Source: Takakia lepidozioides (lineage: Eukaryota > Plantae > Bryophyta). From it: a stretch of DNA of 64,000 nucleotides. The notes under the pieces were generated by a model that did no database searches, was not told where the DNA came from, and saw only the letters and a list, made by a program, of their open reading frames with translations. The stretch covers positions 24,118,001-24,182,000 of the forward strand of contig CM060732.1 in the NCBI GenBank assembly GCA_030704615.1, written 5' to 3'. Shown here piece by piece: positions 29,666 through 42,680 of this stretch. Position 1 is the stretch's first letter. Each line of letters starts with the position of its first letter. The translations under genes and the position numbers were made by a program.

Positions 29666-32600
29666 GTCTAGGAGTCATACGAGATGAATCGAAATTCATT
29701 CGATTGGACAACGGATGGTTGGTCATCTGAATGATTTTTGTTTCCTTTCAAACTTTGCCGGTATGTTCGGTATACCGTCTCATAGGTCCCGTAGGAGTAT
29801 GACATCAATCGAAATTCGTTCAATGGCCCAACGGACGGTTGCCTATCCAGATGAGTTTGGTTTGCTTTCAAACTTTGTCAATATGTTCAACATACCATAA
29901 GACGAGTCCCAGTGTAATATGAGATGAAACAAAATTTGTTTGATAGACCAACGGATGGATGCCCATTCAAATGATTTTTGTTCGCTTCGAAACTTCCGCA
30001 ACGTCTTGAGTATACCGTCTCACAGGTCCCTAAGTAATATACGATGAAATGAATTTCGTTCAATGGGCCAACAGCGCGTTCACATATCATGAAGTTTTGC
30101 TCATTGCGAAAAAGAATGGCGGTCGAATGGTTGACCATCCAAATGATTTTTGTTTACTTTCAAACTTTGCCACTATGTTCAACATACCATGTATCAGGTC
30201 CCGGACTAATATGAGATGAAACGAAATTCATTCGATGGCTGAACAGATGGTTGCACATCCAAATGATTTTGGTTCATTTTCAGACTTTGTAAGTGTGTTC
30301 AATGTACCATCTAAGAGGTCCCAGAGTAATATGAGATGAAACGAAATTCGTCCAATGAACCAACAGAGGGTTGCACATCCAAATGATTTTCGTTCATTTC
30401 GAAACTTGGCCAGTATGTCCAATGTACCATCTGACAGGTCTCAGAGTAATATGAGTTCAATCGAAATTTGTTCAATGGGTCGATGAGGCGTTCACGTGTC
30501 ATTCAATTTTGTTCATTGCGATAAAGAAATCTTGTCGTGGATGAACGGATAATGCACCCATTTAACAGATGAGGTTGAGGCCCATCTTTGGCCCGCATAT
30601 GCTTGAGTATGTGTGCAACACATGTACGGAGAAACAAGAGAAGCAACAAACATTTGCCTCCTCAACCACGCCCTCGCCCTTCCACCAATTTGCAATTAAA
30701 TTGAGTTTAAATAAATTTCAAGCAAATAAATAGGTTTACACTGTCTTTGATTGGGGTTTCCCGCTACGTAACGATTTTATTTTTGGCTCAATCTTGTTCT
30801 CTGGCTTCAATCCTCCCACCGCTACATCCATACAAAACTTTGAACCAAACAAAAATAAAAATTTCTAAAAGTGTCCTTTTCGCTCACTATTGCTGAACTC
30901 TCTATAAAGAGTGCATGAAGTACAAGTCAAATCAAATTTAGAGTGCAAATTAGGGAAGAAACTGTGATTTTGGATCCTAGTGACTTTTGTTCGCTATGAA
31001 ATTTGGCACGCACGTTGCATATGCCGTCATTAGATAAATGGCTAAAAAAACGGAATGAAAAAAAATCATGTGCACCCAAAACGCCGTCCAACAGGTCCCA
31101 GAGTAATAGCACATCAAACGAAATTCATCCAACGGTTGAACGGATGGTTGTCTATCCAAATCATTTTTTGTTTGCTTTCAAACTTTGTCAGTCCGTTCGG
31201 TACACCCTCTCACAGGCCCCGGACTAATATGAGATCAATCGAAATTCATTCGATGGCTGAACAGATGGTTGCCCATCCGAACAATTTTGGTTCGTTTTCA
31301 GACTTTGCTTGTGTGCTCAATGTACCATATAAAAGGTCCAAGAGTAATACGAGATGAAACGAAATTCGTCAAATGGGCCAACAGATCGTTGTCTATCCAA
31401 ATGATTTTCGTTCGCTTCGAGACTTGGCCAATATGTCCAATGTACCATCTGACAGGTCCTAGAGTAATATGAAATCAATCAAAATTCATTCAATAGGCCA
31501 ATGAGGCATTCATGTGTCATCCAATTTTGTTCATTGCGGAAAAAAAAATCTTGTCATGGGTGAACGGATGAGGTTGAGGCCCACCTTTTGCCCGCATGTG
31601 CTTGAGTATGTGTGCAACACATGTGCGGAGAAACAAGAGAAGCAACAAACATTTGTCTCCCCAACCACGTCCTAGCCCTTCCACCAATTTTCAGTTAAAT
31701 TACGTTTAAATTAATTTCAAACAAATAAATAGGTTTACATTGTCTTTGATTGGGGTTTTCTTCTTCGTAACGGTTTTATTTTTTGCTCAATCTTGTTCTC
31801 CGGCTTTGAGCCTCCCACCGCTACATCCCTATAAAAATTTGGACCAAACAAAAATGAAAATTTTCTAAAAGTGTCATCTTCGCTTGCTATTGTAGAACTC
31901 TCTATGAAAAGTGCTCAAATAGAAGACAAATCAAGTTTGGAGTGCAAATTAGGGAAGAAACTGTGGTTTTGGATCTTAATGACTTTTGTTCACTATGAAA
32001 ATTGGGACGCACGTTGCATATGCCGTCATTAGACATATGACCCATCCGTTCAGCCATCGAATGAATTTTGGATTGATCTCATATTAGTCCGGGACTTGTG
32101 AGAAGGTGTACCCAACGTACTAACAAAGTTTGAAAGCAAACAAAAATGATTTGGATGGGCAACCATCCGTTCAACTGTTGGATGAATTCCGTTTGATGTG
32201 CTATTACTTAAGGACCTCTTTGACGGCGTTTCGGGTGCACATGATTTTTTTTCATTCCGTTTTTTTAGTCATATGTCTAATGACGGCATATGCAACGTGC
32301 GTGCCACATTTCATAGCGAACAAAAGTCATTACGACCCAAAATCACAGTTTCTTTCATAATTTGCACTCCGAACTTGATTTGTCTTCTATTTCATGCACT
32401 CTTCATAGAGAGTTATGCAATAGTGACCAAAGTGAACACTTTTAGAAAATTTTCATTTTTGTTTGGTCCAAATTTTTGTAGGGATGTAGCGGTGGGAGGG
32501 TCGAAGCCGGAGAATAAGATTGAGCAAAAAATAAAACCGTTACGGAGCAGAAAACCCCAATCAAAGACAATGTAAACCAATTTATTTGCTTGAAATTCTT

Positions 32601-33000
32601 TTAAACGTAATTTAATTACAAATTGGTGGAAGGGCTAGGACGTGGTTGGGGAGGCAAATGTTTGTTTCTTCTATTGGTTCTCCGCACATGTGTTGCACAC
32701 ATATTCAAGCACATGCGGGCTAAAGATGGTCCTCAACATCATCCGTTCAATGGGTGCATTGGTCGTTCACCCATGACATGATTTTTCCATCCGAACGATT
32801 TTGGTTCGTTTTCAGACTTTGTCAGTGTGTGTGCTTAATGTACCATATAAGAAGTCCCAGAGTAATATGAGATGAAACGAAATTCGTCCAATGGGCCAAC
32901 GGATGGTTGTCTATCCAAATGATTTCGTTCGCTTCGAGACTTGGCCAGTTTGTCCAATGTACCATTTGACAGGTCCTAGAGTAATATGAGATCAATCAAA
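29665..33000. repeat. ~120-bp degenerate tandem repeats within ~1.02-kb higher-order units, including a ~750-bp inverted copy
   Basis: Recurring gtccc.gagtaatatgagatgaaacgaaattc...gatggttg...atccaaatgatttt. 30200-31040 is repeated at 31220-32040. 32041-32790 is the reverse complement of ~30530-31270. Confidence 0.88.
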
Positions 33001-33439
33001 ATTATATTGTGCTTCGTTAATTTTGTGGGTATGTTCTTCATACGTAGATTGAATTTTAGACATGATTATGAAATACAAGACTAGGCGAAATTTGTCAGGA
33101 AGACGAGCGTTCATAACTCGTTATAACTTATTGGTTAACATCCATTTTCCTTGTTGCCCATCTTTCAGAGTTCATTGCAGATACCCACATACACGTCATG
33201 ACCAAATATTACACCATTGTAAATTTGAGGGTGAACCACTTCTTCCACATCACATGAGTGCAAAACCAGAAGAATTACTTGTTACACTGTTCATGCAATT
33301 AAAATTTGTAGGTGCCACACATGTGTATTAACAAAATTGGTGCATATACAAAATTGGCGGAGTGCTATCAGTGTGTTCCAGATATTCAAGGTATAAGAAA
33401 AATCCACATTGTATATGTACTACGTTGCTACTCATTCGG

Positions 33440-34440
33440 ATCCTCGTCGTCACTGTCCGGGGACAAAGGATGTGATGTTGTGGTCTAATTTGCACTGCCA
33501 ATACGGAGAGCCTGGGACCATGATCTCGTGGTCAATGAGGGGCCAAATGACATGTGATCAATTCTGACCAGCATCCGCTTACTTTGTAGCGAAAGTTGAT
33601 TTTTTTTGCAGAATCTCATGACATGACGAGGGTCAAAAGACGTCCGTAATTCCGGCAATGATGCGGTCAATACTACGATCTGACAATGTAAACTCCGCGG
33701 ACATGTCCATGTCGTTCGTTCGAACGTCATTGTGGACAGTGCTTTCATTGTTTCGAGGCGTGTTTTGCAATGTACCCTGCAACTCGGCTATGCGCAGTCT
33801 GTCATTCCACAAGGTTCTGCAGGGTTCGGACTCGCTGTTTTATTTCCACCAGTTCATCCTCTAACGTTCCAGATACTTGTTGCACCGGTGCCTCGAGCAC
33901 GCCTAGTATCGTAGCCGGGAGTACCGGGGCCTCGCGCACGCCCAGTATCGTAGCCGGGGGTGTTTCAAACGTGTTCAAGATGTCGACGAAATGGTATTGC
34001 ATCATTGCGTTTCTCATATTAGCAGTTTGCCAATTCACTGGACGCAACAGTATCACCTCCACGTACAACATGGCTGCCAAGGTGTACGAGATTTAACCCT
34101 TAAGAGTGGTTCACCCCACAACGTGCAATGCACCTTAGTCGCCCTATGCTGGAAATGCAAGTTCATGCAAGACCTAGAGTCCGCGCAATTGTTTCTGGTT
34201 TGCACCACATGCCTAGGTCTAGGCCACAATTGATTGATGTGACACCATTTCACGATTTTTTGCATCTCGTGCTCGGCCACCTAAACTCTTCCGGAAAATC
34301 CTCTCATCCATCTCTTTGCTAGTATGCTAGGGTCATGATATACTTCCCAATTCAAGTCATGCCTTAATCATTTGATTTTCTTAGGGGGCAGTCCATATTC
34401 ATAGGGGTCATCTCTTCCATGACGCTCATCGTCCTGGCCG
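33440..34440 (-). pseudogene. Fragmented ORF of unknown, probably TE-associated protein
   Basis: Consecutive minus-strand ORF pieces (34280-34053, 34080-33802, 33748-33485) in shifting frames, including MAAMLYVEVILLRPVNWQ and a coiled-coil-like stretch. No family recognised. Confidence 0.35.
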
Positions 34441-34792
34441 GCCTCTGTTATTTTGTAAAAATCGGAGCAACCCTAAACGATGTTTACTAATAAATAACAG
34501 AAAGTTAAACACTACTGAAGCAAACGTGGAAACGGCTAAGAATTAAGGAACTGCGATCTCGATAAAAAAATTACAATTGACCCTAAACCCTTAACACGAA
34601 ACGGGTTTGAATAAGTGCCATAATAGTTATTAAAAGCTAATTTTGTAGAATGAAATGTTCCAGGAAGCCAGATGAGGGGCTATAGGAGCATTCTGCAACG
34701 ACTTCACATAAATTGTGGCAAAAAAATCCCCCCCAAGCCAATGACCTCCTTCTCCACGTAACTACGTGTCATAAAATAGTTACATGTCACGC

Positions 34793-35539
34793 ACACATAA
34801 CTTGTGTGGAGAGGAAGTGAGGGGAGAATGAGCTTCCTTTCGCATATCCCTCCCCTTCTCATTCCTCGGTCCACGTGTAAGGCACACCTTCTAGAAGCGA
34901 CTGCCACCATGGCGGTCGCTACATTTAAAAAAAACAACAAAAAGACGACTGACAGTAATGGCGGTCGCTCTATTTAAAAAATTAAACAATAAAAGTGACC
35001 ACCAGTAACGACGGTCGCTCTATTAAATAAAATAAAAAATAAAAGCGACCGCCAGAAATGACAGTCGCAACATTTTCAGAAATTAAAAATATACAAGCGA
35101 CCACCAGTAATGGCGGTTACAATGAAAAATAAAAGCGACCGCCATAACTGGCGGTCGCAACATTTTTTCAAAAATTAAATATATACAATCGACCACCAGT
35201 AATGGCCGTCGCTCTATTTAAAAATAAATAAAAAACAAAAGCGACTGCCAATAATGGCGGTCGCATATAAGTTGTGTGGAGAGGAAGTGAGGGGAGAACG
35301 AGCCTCCTTTGGCTTATCTGCACCCCACCTCTAATTCCTCGGTCCACGCGTAAGGCACACCTTCTAGAAGTGACCGCCGCCATGACGGTCGCTACATTCT
35401 AAAAAAACAACAAAAAAACGACCGGCAGTAATGGCAGTCGCTCTATTTAAAAGATTAAACAATAAAAGCGACCGCCAGTAATGACGGTCACTCTATTAAA
35501 AAAAACAAAAAAACAAAAGCGACTGCCATTACTGACAGT
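34793..35539. repeat. Right palindrome array, part 1 (~470-bp higher-order units)
   Basis: gcgaccgcc-N6-ggcggtcgc motifs. Unit marker tgtgtggagaggaagtgagggga at ~34803 and ~35273. Confidence 0.9.
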
Positions 35540-36132
35540 TGTCACGGACATAGCCCAGAAATTACAAAGTTACCAAATTACCGAGAGTTACCATGACTTA
35601 CCGTGATTGACCATGATCTACCATGATTTATCATTACTTATCAAGTTATCGGGAGTTTACCAAATTACCAAGAGTAACTTGGGAAACTACTCATGAAGCT
35701 TCCTTTGGAGGAAACTTCTCCATCAAGATACCTCTTTTGTTTAAGGAAGCTTCTCCATCAAGAAATCTTTGTTTAATCTTGGAAACTTCTCCAGCAAGAA
35801 ACCTCCATGGGGGAAGCTTCTTAGTAGCCAATATATATAGGAGGCGAGACTGGACACTCTTCAGTCTCGCCAACACCAGTTCGAGCTACTCTTGTTTCCA
35901 GTTCCCAGTACTCTAGCCCAGTTTCCAGTATCTGGTACTCCAGTCCACTTTCCAGCATTCCAGTATTCAAGTCGTGTTCCAATATCTTGTACTCTTGTTC
36001 ATTGTTATAAAGATCATATTGATTCCTATTTACTCATCGTGCATTCGGCCACGCCGACCTTGACTTCTTGTCTAGCATTGTACCTTTAGTTTTATCTCTT
36101 GTTTGTGTTCAGTCATGTTCTCGTCCTTGACA
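35540..36132 (+). repeat. 5' LTR with TATA box (35832-35839)
   Basis: tgtcacggac...cgtccttgaca. Its 3' ~380 bp closely matches 41096-41488. Confidence 0.92.
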
Positions 36133-36134
36133 TT

Positions 36135-36145
36135 TTGGCGAGACT
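36135..36145 (+). promoter_or_regulatory. Self-priming primer-binding site (TTGGCGAGACT)
   Basis: 2 nt after the 5' LTR; exact reverse complement of AGTCTCGCCAA at 35863-35873. Confidence 0.75.
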
Positions 36146-37183
36146 AAAATTTGTTCTTTAGTTAGTTAAGATGGAAGACACATTTGAGGAAATGGTCATC
36201 ACATTGCAGAGTCTTCAGCTCCAGATGCAAGAACTTCGTACATCTACCGTCCAATTGCAAGCTGATCAGTCTCAAGATCTTGGCAACGCTCTCCACAATT
36301 TGCAACAACAAATTTCAGAGTTAAAGGAGTCGAACAATGGATCTTCAACCATACGAGTCCTTACTGCAACAGCTCCTACTGCAACGGTTCCTCTTCAACA
36401 GATTACGAGAGAACCAAATATCAGCATGCTCGAGAAATTTGATGGGACGAGATCAAGATTTCGCGGTTTTGTTCAACAAGTACGACTGTTCCTACGACTA
36501 CATCCACAACGCTACCCCGATGAAGGTATTCAAGTGGGATTTGTGGGCACCCTTCTATCAGACACTGCCCTATCTTGGTTTGCACCGCTATTAGAAAAAA
36601 ATTTGCATTTATTATATAATTTTGAAGCATTCATGTCCGAGTTCACTACAACGTTTAGAGAGAATGATAGAGAGAGAGTTGCAGAAACAAAGATGCGAAA
36701 TCTTCGACAAGGAGCACGTCCTACTTCCATTTATGCTGCCGAATTTTGACAACTTGCGTGCGACCTCGACTGGAATGAGAAGAGCCTCATTAATCAATTT
36801 CGATGTGGACTAAAAGATGATGTAAAAGATTTGTTGCTGATAATGCCAAACGTGAGTACACTGAGTGAATTCATCACCCAAGTCATTGCATGCGATAATC
36901 GTTTGTTCGAAAGACGTCAAGAGAAGCGATCTGGATGGTCGACGACGCATCATGTCACTACTACTACGACACCAAATATAACGATCTATCAGACATCCAG
37001 TAGTGATCCTATGCAGATTGATGTTGTCCGATTCAAACCATTGACGCCACAAGAAAAATAAAGACGGCGCTCGAATGGATTATGCCTCTATTGCGGAGAA
37101 GTAGATCACATAACATTAAACTGCCCCAACAAGAGAAGATTCAAAGCTCGGGGCACAATTCAAGTGTTCGATACGAGGAGGTC

Positions 37184-37228
37184 GGAAAACGACAATGTCC
37201 AGTCACAGTAAAGACCATGCGGCTGGAC
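37184..37228 (+). promoter_or_regulatory. Putative -1 ribosomal frameshift signal (G GAA AAC plus downstream stem) at the gag-pol junction
   Basis: Gag frame ends SENDNVQSQ*; the -1 frame continues VGKRQCPV. Stem gtccagtc(37197-37204)/ggctggac(37221-37228) starts 6 nt after the heptamer. Confidence 0.65.
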
Positions 37229-40200
37229 ACCACAAATTCCTTATCTCCAGACCCTGCACTTTGTTTCACAGTTCCGGTAAAAATCAGAGTGTAAAACGAG
37301 ATATCGTTGTAGAAGCACTTTTGGACTCAGGAGCTTCAGCTTGTTTTATGGACAAAAACTTTGCGAAACAACACAATTTAACGCTCGTAAAGAAGAAACT
37401 CTCGGCCCCCGTTGAAGTCATCGATGGACGACCGTTAACATCAGGAAATGTGGACCATGAAACTTGACCACTTGAAATGAAGCTTAAAGATCAAACATCA
37501 CATATTGTTTTCAATATCATCCAGTCTCCAACGAATCATATGATCCTTAGACTTCCTTGGTTCGTATTTCACAATCCCGACATCGACTGGCGATCGCGAA
37601 AAATTTCTACAAGACAAAAATGTAGAAATATCAAAGGTATTCAACCCCTATTCCTTGGAGCTAGAGCTTTCATGAGAGCTACAAAAAAAGAGGCGGTATT
37701 TGTACTTTATGCGACTCCGATCAAGACCACAACAGACAAAGGTACTTCAACATTATCCGCTCAATATCAAGATTTAAAATATGTCTTCGAGAAGAAAAAT
37801 GCAGACATGATGCCAGAACATCGACCTTATGATTGTGCAATTGAGTTACAAGAAGGAGCCCAACCACCATTCGGCCCAATCTATAACTTATCCCAGACGG
37901 AGTTGGCTGCATTACGTGAATACATTGATGAAAATTTGTCGAAGCACTTCATCCGACATTCAAAATCACCCGCGGGGGCGCCTATCTTGTTTGTGATAAA
38001 GAAGGACGGATCATTACGCATGTGTGTCGACTATCGCGGTCTCAACAAAGTCACAATCAACAATCGTTATCCATTGCCGCTGATTTCTGGGTTTCTCGAC
38101 CAGATGGAACGAGTGAAGATTTTTACCAAAATCGACTTGAGATGAGCCTATAACCTTGTACGGATAAAAGAAGGAGAAGAATGGAAAACAGCTTTTCGAA
38201 CAAGGTATGGACATTTTGAATACAGTGTTATGTCTTTCGGTCTTACCAATGCTCCAACAATTTTCCAACATATGATGAATGACATCTTTCGAGAATTTTT
38301 AGATGACTTTATTGATAAATTAAGATAAAGATGACTATATGTCAAGTTGAAGAAATGTCTTTTCCATCAATCTGAGGTCGAATTTATGGGCTACATTATT
38401 TCCGACAAATGCGTCTTTATGGATCAGAAGAAAATACAAACCATCATCGAGTGGATTAAACCAACTTCGGTCCGAGATGTACAATGTTTTCTGGGCTTTG
38501 CAAATTTCTATAGAATCTTCATCAATGACTACTCCAAAATTGCTGCACCGTTGACACGACTCACAGGGAAGGACAAATTTGTATGGGACGAGAAGGCTGA
38601 CCAGGCATTTGAAAGGCTGAAGCAGACATTTACAACGGCTCCAATACTGGTACATGCAGACCCATCTAAACCATTTTTCTTAGAAGCAGATGCATCGGAC
38701 TTTGTACTTGACGCGGTAGTCTCGCAATACGGTACAGATGGCCGACTCCACCCTATTGGTTTTCGTTCTCGCAAATTTTCCGCTGCGGAGATCAATTATG
38801 AAATCCATGACAAAGAACTTCTAGTGATTATCGATGCTTTTGAGGAGTGGCGACATCTATTGAAGGGAGCTAAACATCAAGTCACTTTCTATACCGATCA
38901 CAAAAACCTTGAATATTTTATGAGTGCTCGTGTTTTGACGTCAAGCGAGATGGAGTATGTCACTAGCAAGGTTTGATTTTGTTATTACCTACCGTCCCGG
39001 ACATCTTCAACGAAAACCAGATGCTCTTTCGACGATCGTATCTTGCGCCAAAAGAAGGGGATGCAGTTTTTGACCAACAAAAATTCATTATCTTGAAACC
39101 AACAAATCTCCAATTGAATATGCTATCCATGTCCACCTATGACGATGCAGAGATCATAAAGTAGATTCAGGAAGCACTGAAGAGCGACCATTTCGCTACG
39201 ACTCTACGAAGTCAATTAAATCAACCTCGAGACAACCCACATGTTACAAACGACTTCAAATTCAAAGATGACTTACTTTACTTCAACGGACTTCCCTATG
39301 TACCTCCAGGACCTACACGACTTCGAATTCTTCAAACATGTCATGATCTTCCGGCTGTAGGACATTTCGACTTCAACAAAACATTGGAGTTGATATTCAG
39401 GGACTATTGGTGGCCGCAGATGTGGAAACTCGTGAAAGAATTCATAAAATCTCGTGACATGTGTGCTAGAGCGAAGGGACCACGACATCGACCTTACGGT
39501 CTTCTTCAACCATTACCCATTCCCGAAGGTCCATGGTCGTCCGTATCTATGGACTGTATTACAGACCTTCCAATTTCCAAGACCACCGATTCAATCGTTG
39601 TTATTGTAGATTGTTTTACGAAGATGACACATTTCATTCCATGTAATAAGACGGTTACCGGCGAGGAAACTGCAAGACTCTTCCTCAATAATATCTACCG
39701 CATTCATGGACTCCCGAAGGACATCGTATCTGATCGAGGACCACAGTTCATATCAAATTCTGGAGGGGATTATTTCACATATTGGATACTAAGATCAACC
39801 TCTCTACAACTACTCATCCATAGACTGATGGTCAAACCGAACGTGTAAACCAGATTTTGGAGCAGTATCTTCGTTGTACGATAAATTATCACCAAGATAA
39901 TTGGACGGACCTTCTGTCATTGGCTAAGTTTGCCTACAACAAAACTATACATTCTTCGACCAAGCAAACTCCATTTTTCTCCAATTATGGTCATCATCCT
40001 CGAGCAAACCCTTTCCACATGAAGACTGTTGGAAGCCCTGCTGTAGAAAACCTTGCTACTTATGTAGCTACGATTCACAAGGAGCTTACATCCCACCTCG
40101 CAGAAGCTCAAAAACAATACTCATATATTATATATATAACCAGAAAAGCATGTGTCGACACGTGCAGTCATGTAGTGATTCATCCATGTGATGATCTGGC

Positions 40201-40641
40201 AGATCGCATTAGAGTGAGAGTCATGAAGTCATATGTCTATGTACACGTCATTCCAGTGTAGCCATGACCGTGACTGGTAGTCAAATCTACCATGCCAATA
40301 TTCGTGGTCAAACATGTTTGACCTGTGTTGCGCAGAGTCCGGAGCCATACAGTCGCAGATCAACGTCGTCAACTCCAACCCCAGTTCAAGGTCGGAGATC
40401 GTGTGTGGCTTCTTCGACAAGACATACAAACCTCGCGACCATCAAGGAAGTTGGATTATCAACGCCTGAGACCATTCAAAATTATTCGACAAATAAATCC
40501 GGTCAGTTTTCGGCTTAAACTCCCACGAAGTATGCGCATCCATCCAGTCTTTCATGTTTCATTATTGGAGTTGTATCATCCATCGAATATTTCATGGAGA
40601 GTCTCCGTACCACCTCCACCAGTCGAGTCAATCAAGAACTT

Positions 40642-40800
40642 GAGTATGAAGTCGACGAAGTCCTAGACTCTCGCATCAAGTATAAACGTCTTGAGTATTT
40701 CGTACATTGGAAAGGCTACGACATCATCAAACAAACGTGGGAACCTTCATCCCAACCTCGCCAATGCATCTGACAAATTCCAAGAGTTTCATCAACGATA
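40642..40800 (+). other. Chromodomain of the chromovirus integrase
   Basis: EYEVDEVLDSRIKYKRLEYFVHWKGYDIIKQTWEP, with Y/W/Y aromatic cage residues present. Confidence 0.9.
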
Positions 40801-41095
40801 TCCAACTAAGCCCCGAGCTACACGTCAATAAGACGTCACAACGATGATGTCAGCCAAATTAGCTTCAAGATGAAGACTCTACATTCAATGTACCTGATAC
40901 ACGCTAAGGAGGGAGGAGCACCACACATCAGTATAAATAGCTACACTTCCAGCACTTTTGCATCTTGTATTGGCAGTATGGAGTCACAGGAACCATATAC
41001 ATTGGAGTTGTCGCTTACCCAGCTACCAGATCAGCCATTCCGACTCTCACGACCTTCAACATTACGTCGACGCTCTCGAGACGATGGACCACCTT

Positions 41096-41488
41096 TTCCA
41101 TCAAGAAACCTTTGTTTAATCTTGGAAACTTCTCCAGCAAGAAACCTCCATAGGGGGAGCTTCTTGGGGAAGCCTCTTAGTAGCCAATATATATAGTAGG
41201 CGAGACTGGACACTCTTCAGTCTCGCCAACACCAGTTTAAGCTACTCTTGTTTCCAGTTCCCAGTATTCTAGCCCAGTTTCTAGTATCTGGTACTCTAGT
41301 CTAGTTTCCAGCATTCCAGTATTCAAGTCGTGTTCCAATATCTTGTACTCTTGTTCATTGTTATAAACATCGTATTGATTCATATTTACTCATCGTGCAT
41401 TCGGCCACACCGACCTTGACTTCTTGTCTAGCATTGTACCTTTAGTTTTATTTCTTGTTTATGTTCAGTCATGTTCTCGTCCTTGACA
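41096..41488 (+). repeat. 3' LTR, missing its first ~210 bp (and no PPT seen)
   Basis: Similarity to the 5' LTR starts only at ccatcaagaaa (equivalent to ~35755). Confidence 0.88.
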
Positions 41489-42680
41489 GCAGTCGCAATA
41501 TTTTCAGAAATTAAAAATATACAAACAACCACCAGTAATGGCGGACACAATGAAAAATAAAAGCGACCGCCATAACTGACGGTCGCAGCATTTTCAAAAA
41601 TTAAAAATATACAAATAACCGCCAGTAATGGCCGTCGTTATATTTGAAAATAAATAAAAAACAAAAGCGACCGCCAATAATGGCGGTCGCACATAAGTTC
41701 TGTGGAGAGGAAGTGAGGGAAGAATGAGCCTTTATTCGATCTATTTTATTTTTTAAAAAAAATACGACCGCCATTACTGGCGGTCACTGTATTTTTCAGA
41801 GATTAAAAATATACAAGCGACCGCGAATAATGGCGGTCGGTCTATTATTATTTTTTAAATGACCACCAATAATAGCTGTCGAACTATTTAAGAAAATAAA
41901 AAATAAAAGCGATCGTCATTACTAGTGGTCGCTGCATTTTCAGAAATAAAAATTATACAAGCGACTGCCAATAATGGCCGTCGCTCTATTTAAAAAAAAC
42001 AAAAGTGACCGCCAATAATGGCGGTCGCTCTATTTAAGAAAATAAAAAATAAATGCGACCGACATTATTGGCGGTCGCTGCATTTTTAATATTTTTAAAT
42101 ATTTTTAAAATATAGGGACCGCCATATTATGGTGGTTGCTTTAATTCAAAAAAATAAACAAAAATAAAAACAAAACAAAACAAAACAGCGACTGCCATAA
42201 TATGGCGGTCGCTTTATTTTAATATATATTTTTTAATTCCAGAAAATGCAGCGACCGCCAGTTATGTCGGTCGCATTTATTTTTATTTATTTATAAATAG
42301 AGCGACCGCCATTATTGGCAGTCGCTTTTGTTTTGTTTTTTTTTAAAATAGAGCGACGGCCATTACTGGCGGTCGCTTGCTTTTTATGTATTATTGAAAA
42401 CAAGCGATTATCAATTCTGGCAGTCCCTTGTTTTTTATATATTTTCAAGATTATGCGACTACCAATACGGAGGTTGCTATTTTTCTTAAAAAAAATTAGA
42501 CGACCGCCAATGCGACCACCAATTTTATTTTATTTTTATTATAAAAAAATTATTCGAACGTCATGTTGGCGGTCGCTCTTATTTTTAAAATTCCAAAATA
42601 TAAAGCGACCACCAAAATTGGCGGTTGCTCTTATTTCTAAATTTCCGAAATATAAAGCGACCCCCAGAATTGGCGGTCGC
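41489..42680. repeat. Right palindrome array, part 2
   Basis: gcgaccgcc-N6-ggcggtcgc motifs resume in register after the LTR element. Flank orientation flips near 42240. Confidence 0.9.

Larger units (their letters stand above)
35540..41488 (+). mobile_element. Ty3/gypsy chromovirus LTR retrotransposon (Tcn1/Tf1-like), decayed
   Basis: TG...CA ends, TSD acagt/gcagt. Gag from 36171 (KFDGTRSRFRGF, LRQG, PMQID, CLYCGEVDHITLNC), protease LLDSGAS, RT (YxDD region deleted near 38310), RNase H EADASD, integrase (SMDCI, SDRGPQF, DGQTER), chromodomain at the end. Confidence 0.95.
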
